DNA of 64,000 nucleotides from positions 147,778-211,777 of IMG/VR virus record IMGVR_UViG_3300037245_001419. One strand, given 5' to 3'. Each line of letters opens with the position of its first letter. The first letter of the stretch is position 1. Under the pieces are notes generated by a model. The model saw only the letters and a program-made list of their open reading frames with translations. It was not told the DNA's origin and did not search any database. The position numbers were made by a program, and so were the translations under genes. Below, piece after piece: positions 49,744 through 58,425 of the stretch.

Positions 49744-50069
49744 GGAGGACATCCTTCGTCATAATCATATGTGTGTGGCCCATCTTCGCCAGCTTTCATT
49801 TCGACCACCCAATCCAGATATTCTTTAGATGGTTCATCTAGATCAAAGCGATGATCAATCGTTCCGTCTCTCCATTTCGCTACAGATATGAGAACCTTCG
49901 TACCTTTTGCTATACGAGCACATTGATCCATGACCCATGTCTTATGATGTTCTCCATCGATTCCACCATACTTCTCAATCCAAAGTAACATCCAATCATG
50001 TATCTTGTAAGAGCTATATTCATTTGGATCAGCCATTGGGAATTCCCCTAAGTAATTTTCTTCAGACAT
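49740..50069 (-). CDS. conserved phage hypothetical protein
   Basis: YGGIDGEHHKTWVMDQ motif. Confidence 0.8.
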   Translation of the reverse strand: MSEENYLGEFPMADPNEYSSYKIHDWMLLWIEKYGGIDGEHHKTWVMDQCARIAKGTKVLISVAKWRDGTIDHRFDLDEPSKEYLDWVVEMKAGEDGPHTYDYDEGCPP

Positions 50070-50143
50070 TGAGTTTCCTTTAGGTTGTAAAAAAGCTCCA
50101 GGCTGAGTACTATTACCCTAGTACAGCCCAAAAGCACATTACT

Positions 50144-50323
50144 TTAGTTATTGATCTTCAATGGGCATTTGATAGATTCTCCTGACAATGCACTTGCTAA
50201 AAATCTTTTTACTTTTGGATGACTGCAATATGATGCAGTTCCACTTGTACACCCATAATTGAACCGTTTGATGCCACCATATTGGCACACTCCGGTTTTG
50301 GATAATTCGCACGGATAACTCAT
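50144..50323 (-). CDS. small Cys-containing protein (59 aa)
   Basis: GGAG RBS; MSYPCELSKTGVCQY...CPLKINN* ending in AACTAAAGTA. Confidence 0.65.
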   Translation of the reverse strand: MSYPCELSKTGVCQYGGIKRFNYGCTSGTASYCSHPKVKRFLASALSGESIKCPLKINN

Positions 50324-50352
50324 ATTTCTCCCAGGTAAACCCGATCATTTTA

Positions 50353-50408
50353 AACTAAAGTATAATAGAAACTTATAGACGTGTCAATAGAATAAATGTA
50401 CTTTAGTT
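50353..50408. promoter_or_regulatory. class-II bidirectional promoter
   Basis: minus TTGACA-17-TATACT and plus TAGACG-17-TACTTT, bounded by inverted AACTAAAGTA. Confidence 0.75.
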
Positions 50409-50440
50409 AACTCTATTAATTTAAACATAAGGAATGCTAA

Positions 50441-50869
50441 ATGAGAGTTTTATTACTAAGCATAATAACAATCATGATTGGTTGTGCTGGAATACCTGTA
50501 AACTACCATAACGATCATCCTCGGCTGAACGGATCTAAACACACATATATAGGACAAGACATATACTTTGAAGAGTTCATTATCGGAGAGGGTGATTATT
50601 CAGGTTATATTTTTGGTAACAGTTGTCGTTATGAGCTTATTCTTATGATGGTATCAAAGTCAAAGGTTGTCATAGAATATAATGAATATATAAAATCTAG
50701 TTCCTATGGTGAGTTTCGCATGGATGGGCCTTGGCTCATAAGACAAGGATTCACTAAACAATTCGAATATGAACTTACAGATGGAAAAGGTGAGATCGCA
50801 TATAAAAAATTAAGATTTGTTATTGTTGGGGTTGAAAATCACGGAATATCAACTATTAGGTCAAACTAA
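50441..50869 (+). CDS. lipoprotein
   Basis: MRVLLLSIITIMIGC lipobox. Confidence 0.75.
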   Translation: MRVLLLSIITIMIGCAGIPVNYHNDHPRLNGSKHTYIGQDIYFEEFIIGEGDYSGYIFGNSCRYELILMMVSKSKVVIEYNEYIKSSSYGEFRMDGPWLIRQGFTKQFEYELTDGKGEIAYKKLRFVIVGVENHGISTIRSN

Positions 50870-50886
50870 AGTAAAAAGGAAATAAC

Positions 50887-51939
50887 ATGAAGATAATAAT
50901 ACTATTAGTATTATCAATTTTGTCGGCTGTAAGTGGCGCAAACATAGATGAAGATTATTTAATTTGTCGAGAATTTGAAAAGAAAAAGGATTGGCCTAAA
51001 GTAATTGATTATTGTGACAAATCTATAAAAAACAAGCCTGAAGGCAACAACCCATATTATAAGTTATGTCTAGCACATAGTATGGTAGGCAATAATGAGA
51101 AAGCTCTTGAAAATTGCACCATAGTTATAGTTCGTAAAAAATTAAGTCTAGATTTACAATACTCGTCATATTATTATAGAGCGTTGGCAGGTTATAATTT
51201 AAAGTATTATGATAAAGCTATATCTGATATAGATAATGCTATCACATTAAACAAAAAAGGTATGGCGCAATATATATTACAAGGTAAAATTAGATATAGT
51301 TTAAGTGAATATAAAAAAGCGGATATAAGTTTTTCTCATGTTATCAACCAGGATCGCAATAATTACACTGCAACATATGGTAGATATCTTGCAAGGTTAA
51401 AGTTAGGTAATTACAAAGGTGCATACACTGATATAACATATGCCATAGATATTAATAAAACCAAAGAAATATCCAAGTTATATGTATTACGTGGCATAGT
51501 ATCGAGTAAATTGTCTAGGCACAAGCAGTCATTTGCTGATTTTGATCACGCACTTAGTATAGATTCTACAAATTATAACTCACATATTGGAATAGCAAAA
51601 CTTAAACATAAATTGTGCGACTATTACGGTGCTATTCGTTCATATAACCATGCTATAAAATTAAGTGTCAATAATTCATCAATTTTAACACATCGTGCAG
51701 ATTCATGGTCGGAATTAGGTGAATATAAAAAAGCATTCGCAGACTGCAACCTTGCTATTAAAATAGATGCTAACTACGCAGAAGCATATTATATGCGTGG
51801 TATTATACAATTAAAACGAAATATACTAGACAATAAAGGGTTATATGATTTGTCTATAGCTGCAAATTTGGGTATGTTTGAGGTATATAAAGTTTTAAGT
51901 GAAATACACAATGAACGAAAATCAATCAAACTAAAGTAG
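50887..51939 (+). CDS. secreted tetratricopeptide-repeat protein
   Basis: signal peptide; repeated 34-aa units such as YYYRALAGYNLKYYDKAISDIDNAITL. Confidence 0.9.
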   Translation: MKIIILLVLSILSAVSGANIDEDYLICREFEKKKDWPKVIDYCDKSIKNKPEGNNPYYKLCLAHSMVGNNEKALENCTIVIVRKKLSLDLQYSSYYYRALAGYNLKYYDKAISDIDNAITLNKKGMAQYILQGKIRYSLSEYKKADISFSHVINQDRNNYTATYGRYLARLKLGNYKGAYTDITYAIDINKTKEISKLYVLRGIVSSKLSRHKQSFADFDHALSIDSTNYNSHIGIAKLKHKLCDYYGAIRSYNHAIKLSVNNSSILTHRADSWSELGEYKKAFADCNLAIKIDANYAEAYYMRGIIQLKRNILDNKGLYDLSIAANLGMFEVYKVLSEIHNERKSIKLK

Positions 51940-51965
51940 TATAAATATTGGTAAAAGAGGTACAG

Positions 51966-52127
51966 ATGGCTTACTATCCTAATCATCCACCTACGCTATA
52001 TGGTGACGATGCAGATTATTTTTTAAACAAGTTAGATGAGATTGCTAAGCTTCCTAAGCAAGTAATATCTGATGAAAAGCGTAAGAAGTTTGAAGAGTTA
52101 TTCAGAAGATCCGGTATGCGACTCTAA
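51966..52127 (+). CDS. small hypothetical protein
   Basis: GAGG RBS; stop overlaps the convergent gene. Confidence 0.6.
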   Translation: MAYYPNHPPTLYGDDADYFLNKLDEIAKLPKQVISDEKRKKFEELFRRSGMRL

Positions 52128-52468
52128 AGTACTTCCCATGGATCACACTCACGTTGATCATTGTTCATCATATATCTGCAGAGGTTATCGATATTAGCTG
52201 AAGTATCGTAACCAGGTTTGTAGTTATATTGTTTTAGTACATTGGAGTATAGTTTGCTACCATCGTAAACCCTATTTCTATTTTTGTATTCAACTGTGTA
52301 TAAGCAGTTATTAGGATCAGCCATATCAACCCATCGTCCAATCTTGATATCACCATCAACTAAAGTATAATTCATTTTCAGTGTATAGGCTTTTAACATA
52401 GCGTTATACAATCTATCACATTCAGGAGTTCTTGGCCCAACTAAAGTATCCAGGTGTTTAGGGTTCAT
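52124..52468 (-). CDS. HLDTLV...PWEV family protein
   Basis: MNPKHLDTLVGP ... DPWEVL*. Confidence 0.85.
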   Translation of the reverse strand: MNPKHLDTLVGPRTPECDRLYNAMLKAYTLKMNYTLVDGDIKIGRWVDMADPNNCLYTVEYKNRNRVYDGSKLYSNVLKQYNYKPGYDTSANIDNLCRYMMNNDQRECDPWEVL

Positions 52469-52668
52469 GTTACTTCCCATGGTTCGTTGTATGAATCTGA
52501 GAAGGATATGACACTAATATCACATCCTTCTGGACATAGATATTCGAGAGTTTTTGATATTCCATCTGGGGTATATTCTAAGTATGTAAGCATAAGTTTA
52601 AATTGTATATGATGGATTTTGCAATGATCGCAAGGCCCAACTAAAGTATCAAGGTGTTCTATATTCAC
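52465..52668 (-). CDS. HLDTLV...PWEV family protein
   Basis: EHLDTLVGP ... EPWEVT*. Confidence 0.85.
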   Translation of the reverse strand: MNIEHLDTLVGPCDHCKIHHIQFKLMLTYLEYTPDGISKTLEYLCPEGCDISVISFSDSYNEPWEVT

Positions 52669-52669
52669 T

Positions 52670-53020
52670 TTAGTTTACTTCCCATGGTTCATAAGAACTA
52701 TCCGTATTGCGAGCAAGCATTTTACATTTCTCATCTAAAGACGTAAATCCAATATCGTCAGTAGTACCATTGATATCATGAGTTATATTATCATCGAACA
52801 CCCATATACACCCTGATGTATCCGTTTTAAATACCCTAAGCATTTTAGAACTAACTATGCCAGGGTTATCAATTTTTACTTCGATTGTAAATATACCATC
52901 AGATATAACATCCCCTACTACACAATCATAATACGTTAATAATATAAATTTGTGTAGTTTTTTATATAGATGGCACTTCGGCCCAACTAAAGTATCAAGG
53001 TGTTCAACTAGTTCATTCAC
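52670..53020 (-). CDS. HLDTLV...PWEV family protein
   Basis: GTG start; EHLDTLVGP ... EPWEVN*. Confidence 0.85.
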   Translation of the reverse strand: MNELVEHLDTLVGPKCHLYKKLHKFILLTYYDCVVGDVISDGIFTIEVKIDNPGIVSSKMLRVFKTDTSGCIWVFDDNITHDINGTTDDIGFTSLDEKCKMLARNTDSSYEPWEVN

Positions 53021-53021
53021 T

Positions 53022-53330
53022 TTAGTTAACTTCCCATGGGTTCGAGACATAGGTTAGAGAACTCGGTCTATAACGGCATGAGTACACATAGACAACAGCA
53101 TCAAATATTTCTGCTTTAATATCTTTGCGGACTTCGAAACGATCACAACCTACTTCAGTTATAAATCCTTCCTCGATAAGCCTATCTCTTGTGCTCTCGA
53201 TAATCTTTACTCGATTCTGAGATGGGAATAGAACTTCCCGTTCGACATCTCTATAGAACTTATCCCATATGATTCTCTCATACCCATCGGGTTTAACTAA
53301 AGTATCAAGGTGTTTAATGAGATCAACCAT
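53022..53330 (-). CDS. HLDTLV...PWEV family protein
   Basis: KHLDTLVKP ... NPWEVN*. Confidence 0.85.
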   Translation of the reverse strand: MVDLIKHLDTLVKPDGYERIIWDKFYRDVEREVLFPSQNRVKIIESTRDRLIEEGFITEVGCDRFEVRKDIKAEIFDAVVYVYSCRYRPSSLTYVSNPWEVN

Positions 53331-53511
53331 ACCACTCCATATCTAGAGTACATATTATTTTAACTCCACAGTTGGGACATTTACCATAAGCGTCTTTCAT
53401 GTAATATATTGTACCTTTTGGATAAGATTCTTTAATCTTCAGTACTTTAAACTTTACATACTTCCTGCAGTTCTCACATGTCTTTTCAGCATATTCTTTT
53501 TCAATTTCCAT
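53323..53511 (-). CDS. small zinc-ribbon protein
   Basis: CENC...CPNC. Confidence 0.7.
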   Translation of the reverse strand: MEIEKEYAEKTCENCRKYVKFKVLKIKESYPKGTIYYMKDAYGKCPNCGVKIICTLDMEWYG

Positions 53512-53512
53512 A

Positions 53513-53836
53513 CTAAAGTACTTCCCATGGTATTGGTTTAATATATATTCCCATAATAAGAAGTGCTTTAGCTTCTGTTCGGATTTTTTCAGGAGAATGG
53601 CATATCATACGATAGCTATCATATTCATACGTTATTACATTTTCACTATCTGACATATATTCACAATGTATTACTATACGTCCATTGTGTTGATTATAGA
53701 TTCTAATGGTATCCGTATTGATAATCTGTCTGTTACTATGCATAGCCTTTTTAAAGTCTTCACATACGTCATTAATTCGTATGGTACGCTCGTCCGGCCC
53801 AACTAAAGTATCCAGGTGTGTTATTCTACTGTCCAC
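53513..53836 (-). CDS. HLDTLV...PWEV family protein
   Basis: THLDTLVGP ... IPWEVL*. Confidence 0.85.
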   Translation of the reverse strand: MDSRITHLDTLVGPDERTIRINDVCEDFKKAMHSNRQIINTDTIRIYNQHNGRIVIHCEYMSDSENVITYEYDSYRMICHSPEKIRTEAKALLIMGIYIKPIPWEVL

Positions 53837-54186
53837 GGCTCACTGATTCCTTTAGATCTAATCAACATCCTACATTTATCATCGAGGTCAACCAATCCCT
53901 TTCCTTCTCTAGATATATTAGTAGAAATATTACTTTTAAATATGTACAATTGTACTTTAGTTTCGACATTAGTAATTATGTAACAAAGTTCATTCCTGGT
54001 TACATTACCGTTAAAATCTGCAGTATCAGCTAAAGCACCAACGCACATGTGATATGGATATTCATCAATAACATCATCTGCTTTAAGATCCATGGCTGGA
54101 AACTGAAGTATAAAGTCATACAGTTTTTGATGATGTGGGGATCTGCTCCCAACTAAAGTATCAAGGTGTTTTACAATCTCGTACAT
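53821..54186 (-). CDS. HLDTLV...PWEV family protein
   Basis: KHLDTLVGS ... EPWTVE*. Confidence 0.85.
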   Translation of the reverse strand: MYEIVKHLDTLVGSRSPHHQKLYDFILQFPAMDLKADDVIDEYPYHMCVGALADTADFNGNVTRNELCYIITNVETKVQLYIFKSNISTNISREGKGLVDLDDKCRMLIRSKGISEPWTVE

Positions 54187-54613
54187 ACTGCCCCAGGTTG
54201 TTATTTAGATCAGCGATGTAATCAGCTAGTTCCTTCCCTATGACACCATAAGGAAATAGTTCTTCACCGTGTTCAGTCTCTATAACTTTGCACCAACAGT
54301 CCTTCCCATCAAAGCAATCTTTAACTATCCACTTGCAAATGAACGGCTCTATATTCTTAAGGACAAACTCTGCAGTATCTTCATCCATATCGGTCAATAC
54401 TTTAGTTACCTTCATATTGTGTATATCAGTGATGTATTTAGCCATCTCTTTAGGCATACAGAAGTACTCGAACACTTCATAATCATTATCAGGCCATTGA
54501 TCCGTTACAACCAGATCTACATGGTCTCCATACTTATTAATACAACCTACGACCCACTTTAGTTTATATGAGTCTTCTTGTTGTTTAATGTATTTCTTCT
54601 CGTCCCAGGTCAT
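54161..54613 (-). CDS. hypothetical protein with internal duplication
   Basis: KWVV...KEMAKYITDIHN repeated as KWIV...KELADYIADLNN. Confidence 0.75.
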   Translation of the reverse strand: MTWDEKKYIKQQEDSYKLKWVVGCINKYGDHVDLVVTDQWPDNDYEVFEYFCMPKEMAKYITDIHNMKVTKVLTDMDEDTAEFVLKNIEPFICKWIVKDCFDGKDCWCKVIETEHGEELFPYGVIGKELADYIADLNNNLGQYVRDCKTP

Positions 54614-54990
54614 ACAACCTCATATATGTATATGGTGTTTTTAACAATGTCATCCCAGTATCGTTCAAGAGCAGGAGGATATATAACCATAGCACCTTTT
54701 TCTGTCGTAGCCACAGCTATAATATTTGCAGGATCTAGGCTTTGTATTACGTTGGTTGCAATCACGTCATCAACGTCATCACAGTTAACAATCTTATTAA
54801 TTGGCGTAAGTTCCATTAACTTTAGTTTCTCTTCCAGGGTCTCGACTTCTGGCAAATCTTTGACAAGTTTTTCGATAGAATCTGTCATTAATACTGGACG
54901 CATATCAACCGTAGCGTCAAGATCTAACGCATAACGGAATTTGTTATCTGAGTTTGTAACAACCAGATTTGCAACTATATATTTTTTCAT
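54610..54990 (-). CDS. hypothetical protein
   Basis: GGAG-TACTTTAGTT-ATG start. Confidence 0.7.
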   Translation of the reverse strand: MKKYIVANLVVTNSDNKFRYALDLDATVDMRPVLMTDSIEKLVKDLPEVETLEEKLKLMELTPINKIVNCDDVDDVIATNVIQSLDPANIIAVATTEKGAMVIYPPALERYWDDIVKNTIYIYEVV

Positions 54991-55008
54991 AACTAAAGTA
55001 TCTCCCAC

Positions 55009-55398
55009 TTAGTCTTCTAGATAATGGATTTCAGGTTCTGCAGATTCTTCATACATGACAATAGCGTACATATCTCTCATACCGGAACCATCAGCTATAT
55101 GTGGTTTGATCCAATCGAGGAATGTTTCTATCTCATCCTCATAATTTTTTATATTGCATCTACTAGATAAGTGCCATGCCTTCGATATTTTGTCAAACCA
55201 CATCTTTGCAACTGGATCTATTACACCGAAGTAATAACTTCCAGATCCATTCACAGGGTTCCTCATATCACAAAAATCTTGTATGACTTTAGATTTATCG
55301 TGGTCAATATCAAAGAGATACTTGCATGTTTCTATAATTTCTGGTGGGGTATTTTCGTGAAGTCTTGCCCCAAATATTAGTTCTGTGTACATTCCCAT
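55009..55398 (-). CDS. conserved phage hypothetical protein
   Basis: MGMYTEL...IKNYEDEIETFLDWI. Confidence 0.8.
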   Translation of the reverse strand: MGMYTELIFGARLHENTPPEIIETCKYLFDIDHDKSKVIQDFCDMRNPVNGSGSYYFGVIDPVAKMWFDKISKAWHLSSRCNIKNYEDEIETFLDWIKPHIADGSGMRDMYAIVMYEESAEPEIHYLED

Positions 55399-55411
55399 AA
55401 TTCCTCCGGTT

Positions 55412-55467
55412 AACTAAAGTATAATAGAAACTTGTAGACGTGTCAATAGAATTAATGTACTTTAGTT
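55412..55467. promoter_or_regulatory. class-II bidirectional promoter
   Basis: near-identical to 50353-50408. Confidence 0.75.
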
Positions 55468-55470
55468 TCA

Positions 55471-55621
55471 GCCGGAGAATCGGAATACAGGTGATTCTCT
55501 AAGAGAGTCTGCGACATGGCATAACATCTGAACGGTTTCTATAGAAGTAGGTGCAAGTTATATAGAGGTGCTAGTAAGATGGCCTAGGATAGTTGTACTC
55601 TGTCCTCCCAGACTCTTTTTT
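55471..55621 (+). ncRNA. candidate structured RNA or long 5' leader
   Basis: GC-richer; 8-bp hairpin, then an 11-bp long-range stem (55501-11/55609-19) enclosing further helices, ending in a T run. Confidence 0.45.
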
Positions 55622-55643
55622 AAACTAAAGTAAATAGGAAGTT

Positions 55644-56309
55644 ATGAAAACGATATTAATATTAATAGTGCTGCTATCATCTATGGGTTTTTCAAATCAG
55701 TGCATTAGACTTGACGATTCAGATGCTTATGTCGATTGTTTAATTAAGGCAAATGAGGGTAAAGAAGAACCAGAATCTAAACAAGTAGAGTATATAGAAG
55801 ATTATTATACACATAATGAGGATTCATTAAGAATATATACACTTGTCGGAGCTGGTTATACACAGGGAACCTTTACTAGTTTTAGTAAAATTAACATGTT
55901 TATTGGCGTTATACCAGAAGGTTGGAATAACGGAATTATGTTCAGTGTTAAGATTTCAAATACAAAACCATCTAATATAAAAGATACATCACCACATAAT
56001 TCTAAAGTTTACCGCATTGTCGATGGTGAGATACTTCAACTAAATTTAGGTTTTCCATTCCCATTGCATAATAATATATTTTTGATTCCTATTGTGGGAG
56101 TGGCATCGGTAGAGAGATACACCCAAATCCTCGATGGGGATGATGGTACATATCATGTAAAAAAAGATAGAGACTCTTATAATGTTTTTGGTATGGGGTT
56201 CTTATTTAAAACTAATCGTTTTATTTGGGGAGTTGACATTGAATATCCTTTTGATAGATTCCCAACGATAGGAATTAATATAGGATTATTTATTACGGAG
56301 TTAAACTAA
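55644..56309 (+). CDS. secreted protein, probable outer-membrane beta-barrel
   Basis: signal peptide; alternating amphipathic strands (FGMGFLF, WGVDIEY, IGINIGLF). Confidence 0.6.
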   Translation: MKTILILIVLLSSMGFSNQCIRLDDSDAYVDCLIKANEGKEEPESKQVEYIEDYYTHNEDSLRIYTLVGAGYTQGTFTSFSKINMFIGVIPEGWNNGIMFSVKISNTKPSNIKDTSPHNSKVYRIVDGEILQLNLGFPFPLHNNIFLIPIVGVASVERYTQILDGDDGTYHVKKDRDSYNVFGMGFLFKTNRFIWGVDIEYPFDRFPTIGINIGLFITELN

Positions 56310-56320
56310 AGTAGGTTACG

Positions 56321-56500
56321 ATGAAAGATATTAAGAAAGGTTACTACTGGGTAAAGTTTTACAACCATGATGTAATGCAAGTAATGTTATTTAATGGCAA
56401 GAATTTTGAAGGCTTCAAGAGTGACAAATTAATTCATGATGAGATAGAGGGTTACGAGTATATTGATTACCCACCAGTTGACTTGTGTATCGACAACTAA
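56321..56500 (+). CDS. small hypothetical protein
   Basis: MKDIKKGYYWVKF...; stop within the shared AACTAAAGTA. Confidence 0.65.
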   Translation: MKDIKKGYYWVKFYNHDVMQVMLFNGKNFEGFKSDKLIHDEIEGYEYIDYPPVDLCIDN

Positions 56501-56814
56501 AGTACTTCCCATGGCCCACCCTTCGATGGAGTACTCCACGATAGTGTAAAATACTTGGTTGCTAGTTCAGTAATATCGTCATGCATATATAGTAGAACAT
56601 AATATGGTCGTGAGGGTTCCCAGTATTTAGATTTCTCTAAGACATTTTTGTCTATAAGAACGATCCTCATATCGACAAACACTTCGTTATTGTAGAAATT
56701 ATGGAAAGGATCAGTAAGAGCCTTCACTATTTGCTTTACTAGTTTACCGTATATCTTAGATGCGAACTCAGAGGGTTCAACTAAAGTATCAAGGTGTTTA
56801 ATAATTTCAGTCAT
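56497..56814 (-). CDS. HLDTLV...PWEV family protein
   Basis: KHLDTLVEP ... GPWEVL*. Confidence 0.85.
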   Translation of the reverse strand: MTEIIKHLDTLVEPSEFASKIYGKLVKQIVKALTDPFHNFYNNEVFVDMRIVLIDKNVLEKSKYWEPSRPYYVLLYMHDDITELATKYFTLSWSTPSKGGPWEVL

Positions 56815-57005
56815 ACTTTAATATCTTTTTTATTGGCTATTACTAGTCCATTATCATTCAGTGTTTTAATAAATTCATGCCACTCTATGGTATATGGTGG
56901 AGCGTAATCGTACCCATCATTAAACAATTCACCTTCAACTACCATTTCCATCTTAGGAAATAATCGTTTTAACCGTTCAATCAATAATCTATGCTGGTTT
57001 TTCAT
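56811..57005 (-). CDS. hypothetical protein
   Basis: uses GGAGGT in the upstream WEV codons as RBS. Confidence 0.7.
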   Translation of the reverse strand: MKNQHRLLIERLKRLFPKMEMVVEGELFNDGYDYAPPYTIEWHEFIKTLNDNGLVIANKKDIKV

Positions 57006-57008
57006 ACT

Positions 57009-57311
57009 TTAGTTTACCTCCCATGGTGGGCATATTAAATAAAGTGTAGTAATTGATTTACAATAACTGTCTAATATGATATTAGCTATAGAACTTCCAT
57101 CATAATCAATTACAAATGGTTTTGCATTCTTGTATGTTATCTCAAAACGTTTAATATGATTATCAGTCACGTTGACAATTTTAATATTATTATCAGAATA
57201 TGTACAATCTTTAATTGATAGCTTATCAAATGTAGAAGTTAATAGATTGTGTAAATCTATGTATTCCTGGGGTATCGGCCCAACTAAAGTATCCAGGTGT
57301 TGTATATTCAC
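57009..57311 (-). CDS. HLDTLV...PWEV family protein
   Basis: QHLDTLVGP ... PPWEVN*. Confidence 0.85.
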   Translation of the reverse strand: MNIQHLDTLVGPIPQEYIDLHNLLTSTFDKLSIKDCTYSDNNIKIVNVTDNHIKRFEITYKNAKPFVIDYDGSSIANIILDSYCKSITTLYLICPPWEVN

Positions 57312-57312
57312 T

Positions 57313-57702
57313 TTAGTTTACCTCCCAGGGCTTCATAGAATCAATGTTTTTAATTCTATATGTATGATGAGTTCCCAGATGGGTGTTCGCTTGTGTCATA
57401 TAGCTGTTCTCAACCAATGATATGTAATGTTCCACATCACAATCTTCAAATATTATCATCACTTCACCCTCACCAGTTTTCATAAAGGTTGCATGTCCAT
57501 CATCTACTACAAGGTGCTTAATCTCAGTAAGACTACGCTCATAAAATGAGTGGTATAGTTCCATATCGGCATATACTTCATAAACAAACAATGGCTGATT
57601 TAAAAAATCATCCACAATGGTTGATAGATAGTGATAATATATTGGTGGTACACTACCAGATATTATCGGCCCAACTAAAGTATCCAGGTGATCGACATTC
57701 AA
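57313..57702 (-). CDS. HLDTLV...PWEV family protein
   Basis: DHLDTLVGP ... KPWEVN*. Confidence 0.85.
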   Translation of the reverse strand: MNVDHLDTLVGPIISGSVPPIYYHYLSTIVDDFLNQPLFVYEVYADMELYHSFYERSLTEIKHLVVDDGHATFMKTGEGEVMIIFEDCDVEHYISLVENSYMTQANTHLGTHHTYRIKNIDSMKPWEVN

Positions 57703-57703
57703 T

Positions 57704-58015
57704 TTAGTTTACTCCCCATGGATCACCATACGGTTTAGCATCTACTAGCATCATTAGAGTTTCAGTTATATATCTATCTGCAGCAGGATTTATGCGATAC
57801 ACAGGGTTTCTAGATGAGTATCGTCCTTTCATGGACTTAGTTACAAGCTTAAGTTTTATAAGTCTTTCCCTAAGTTCCACCACAGTACAATCGCTATAGA
57901 ACATAGCGGATGGATCTGTCAGTCCTGCTTTGATTAAAGGGCACATACTTTCTTGTCTGTCCGCATGTCTAGTACATGGTTTAATTAAAGTATCAAGATG
58001 TTTAATATCATTCAT
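57704..58015 (-). CDS. HLDTLV...PWEV family protein
   Basis: KHLDTLIKP ... DPWGVN*. Confidence 0.85.
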   Translation of the reverse strand: MNDIKHLDTLIKPCTRHADRQESMCPLIKAGLTDPSAMFYSDCTVVELRERLIKLKLVTKSMKGRYSSRNPVYRINPAADRYITETLMMLVDAKPYGDPWGVN

Positions 58016-58252
58016 CTGGTGGTCGGTTCCTTATTTCTTCCATGATTTGTTCCGAGCGGCATCTACTTAGCCCACCGAGGATATTAAGGATAAAGAATGC
58101 GGCGAATATCAATAGGAACAGTTCCATACTAAAGTACATCCTTACCAGTCATAGCAGAGAATGCCCATGTGATAGCGACAATGAGTACAACGGTTTCCCA
58201 CAGATGTGAGTAAATAAATTCTATAACTTCCAACATAATGTCTCCTAGGTGT

Positions 58253-58328
58253 AACTAAAGTATATTTTAAATATGTACTATTGTCAATAAAAATATAGAC
58301 AGATACATGGAATATATTTACTTTAGTT
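58253..58328. promoter_or_regulatory. class-II divergent promoters
   Basis: minus TTGACA-17-TATACT; plus TAGACA-17-TACTTT. Confidence 0.7.
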
Positions 58329-58425
58329 AAAACGTAAGGGAGCAAGAGACTTTCACACTCGGACGATTGAGACCTCTCATAACATGAAGATAGCGTTCCC
58401 TTATTTTAAACTAAAGTAGGATTAT

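Noticed and set aside
50148-50348. 66-aa ORF MIGFTWEKY
   Set aside because: The overlapping frame 50144-50323 has a GGAG RBS, a Cys pattern and the typical AAC-TAA end.
49267-58015. Tagged-gene array as an integron or DGR
   Set aside because: No tyrosine integrase or reverse transcriptase in the window, no consistent attC RYYYAAC/GTTRRRY ends, and no template/variable repeat pair differing at adenines.
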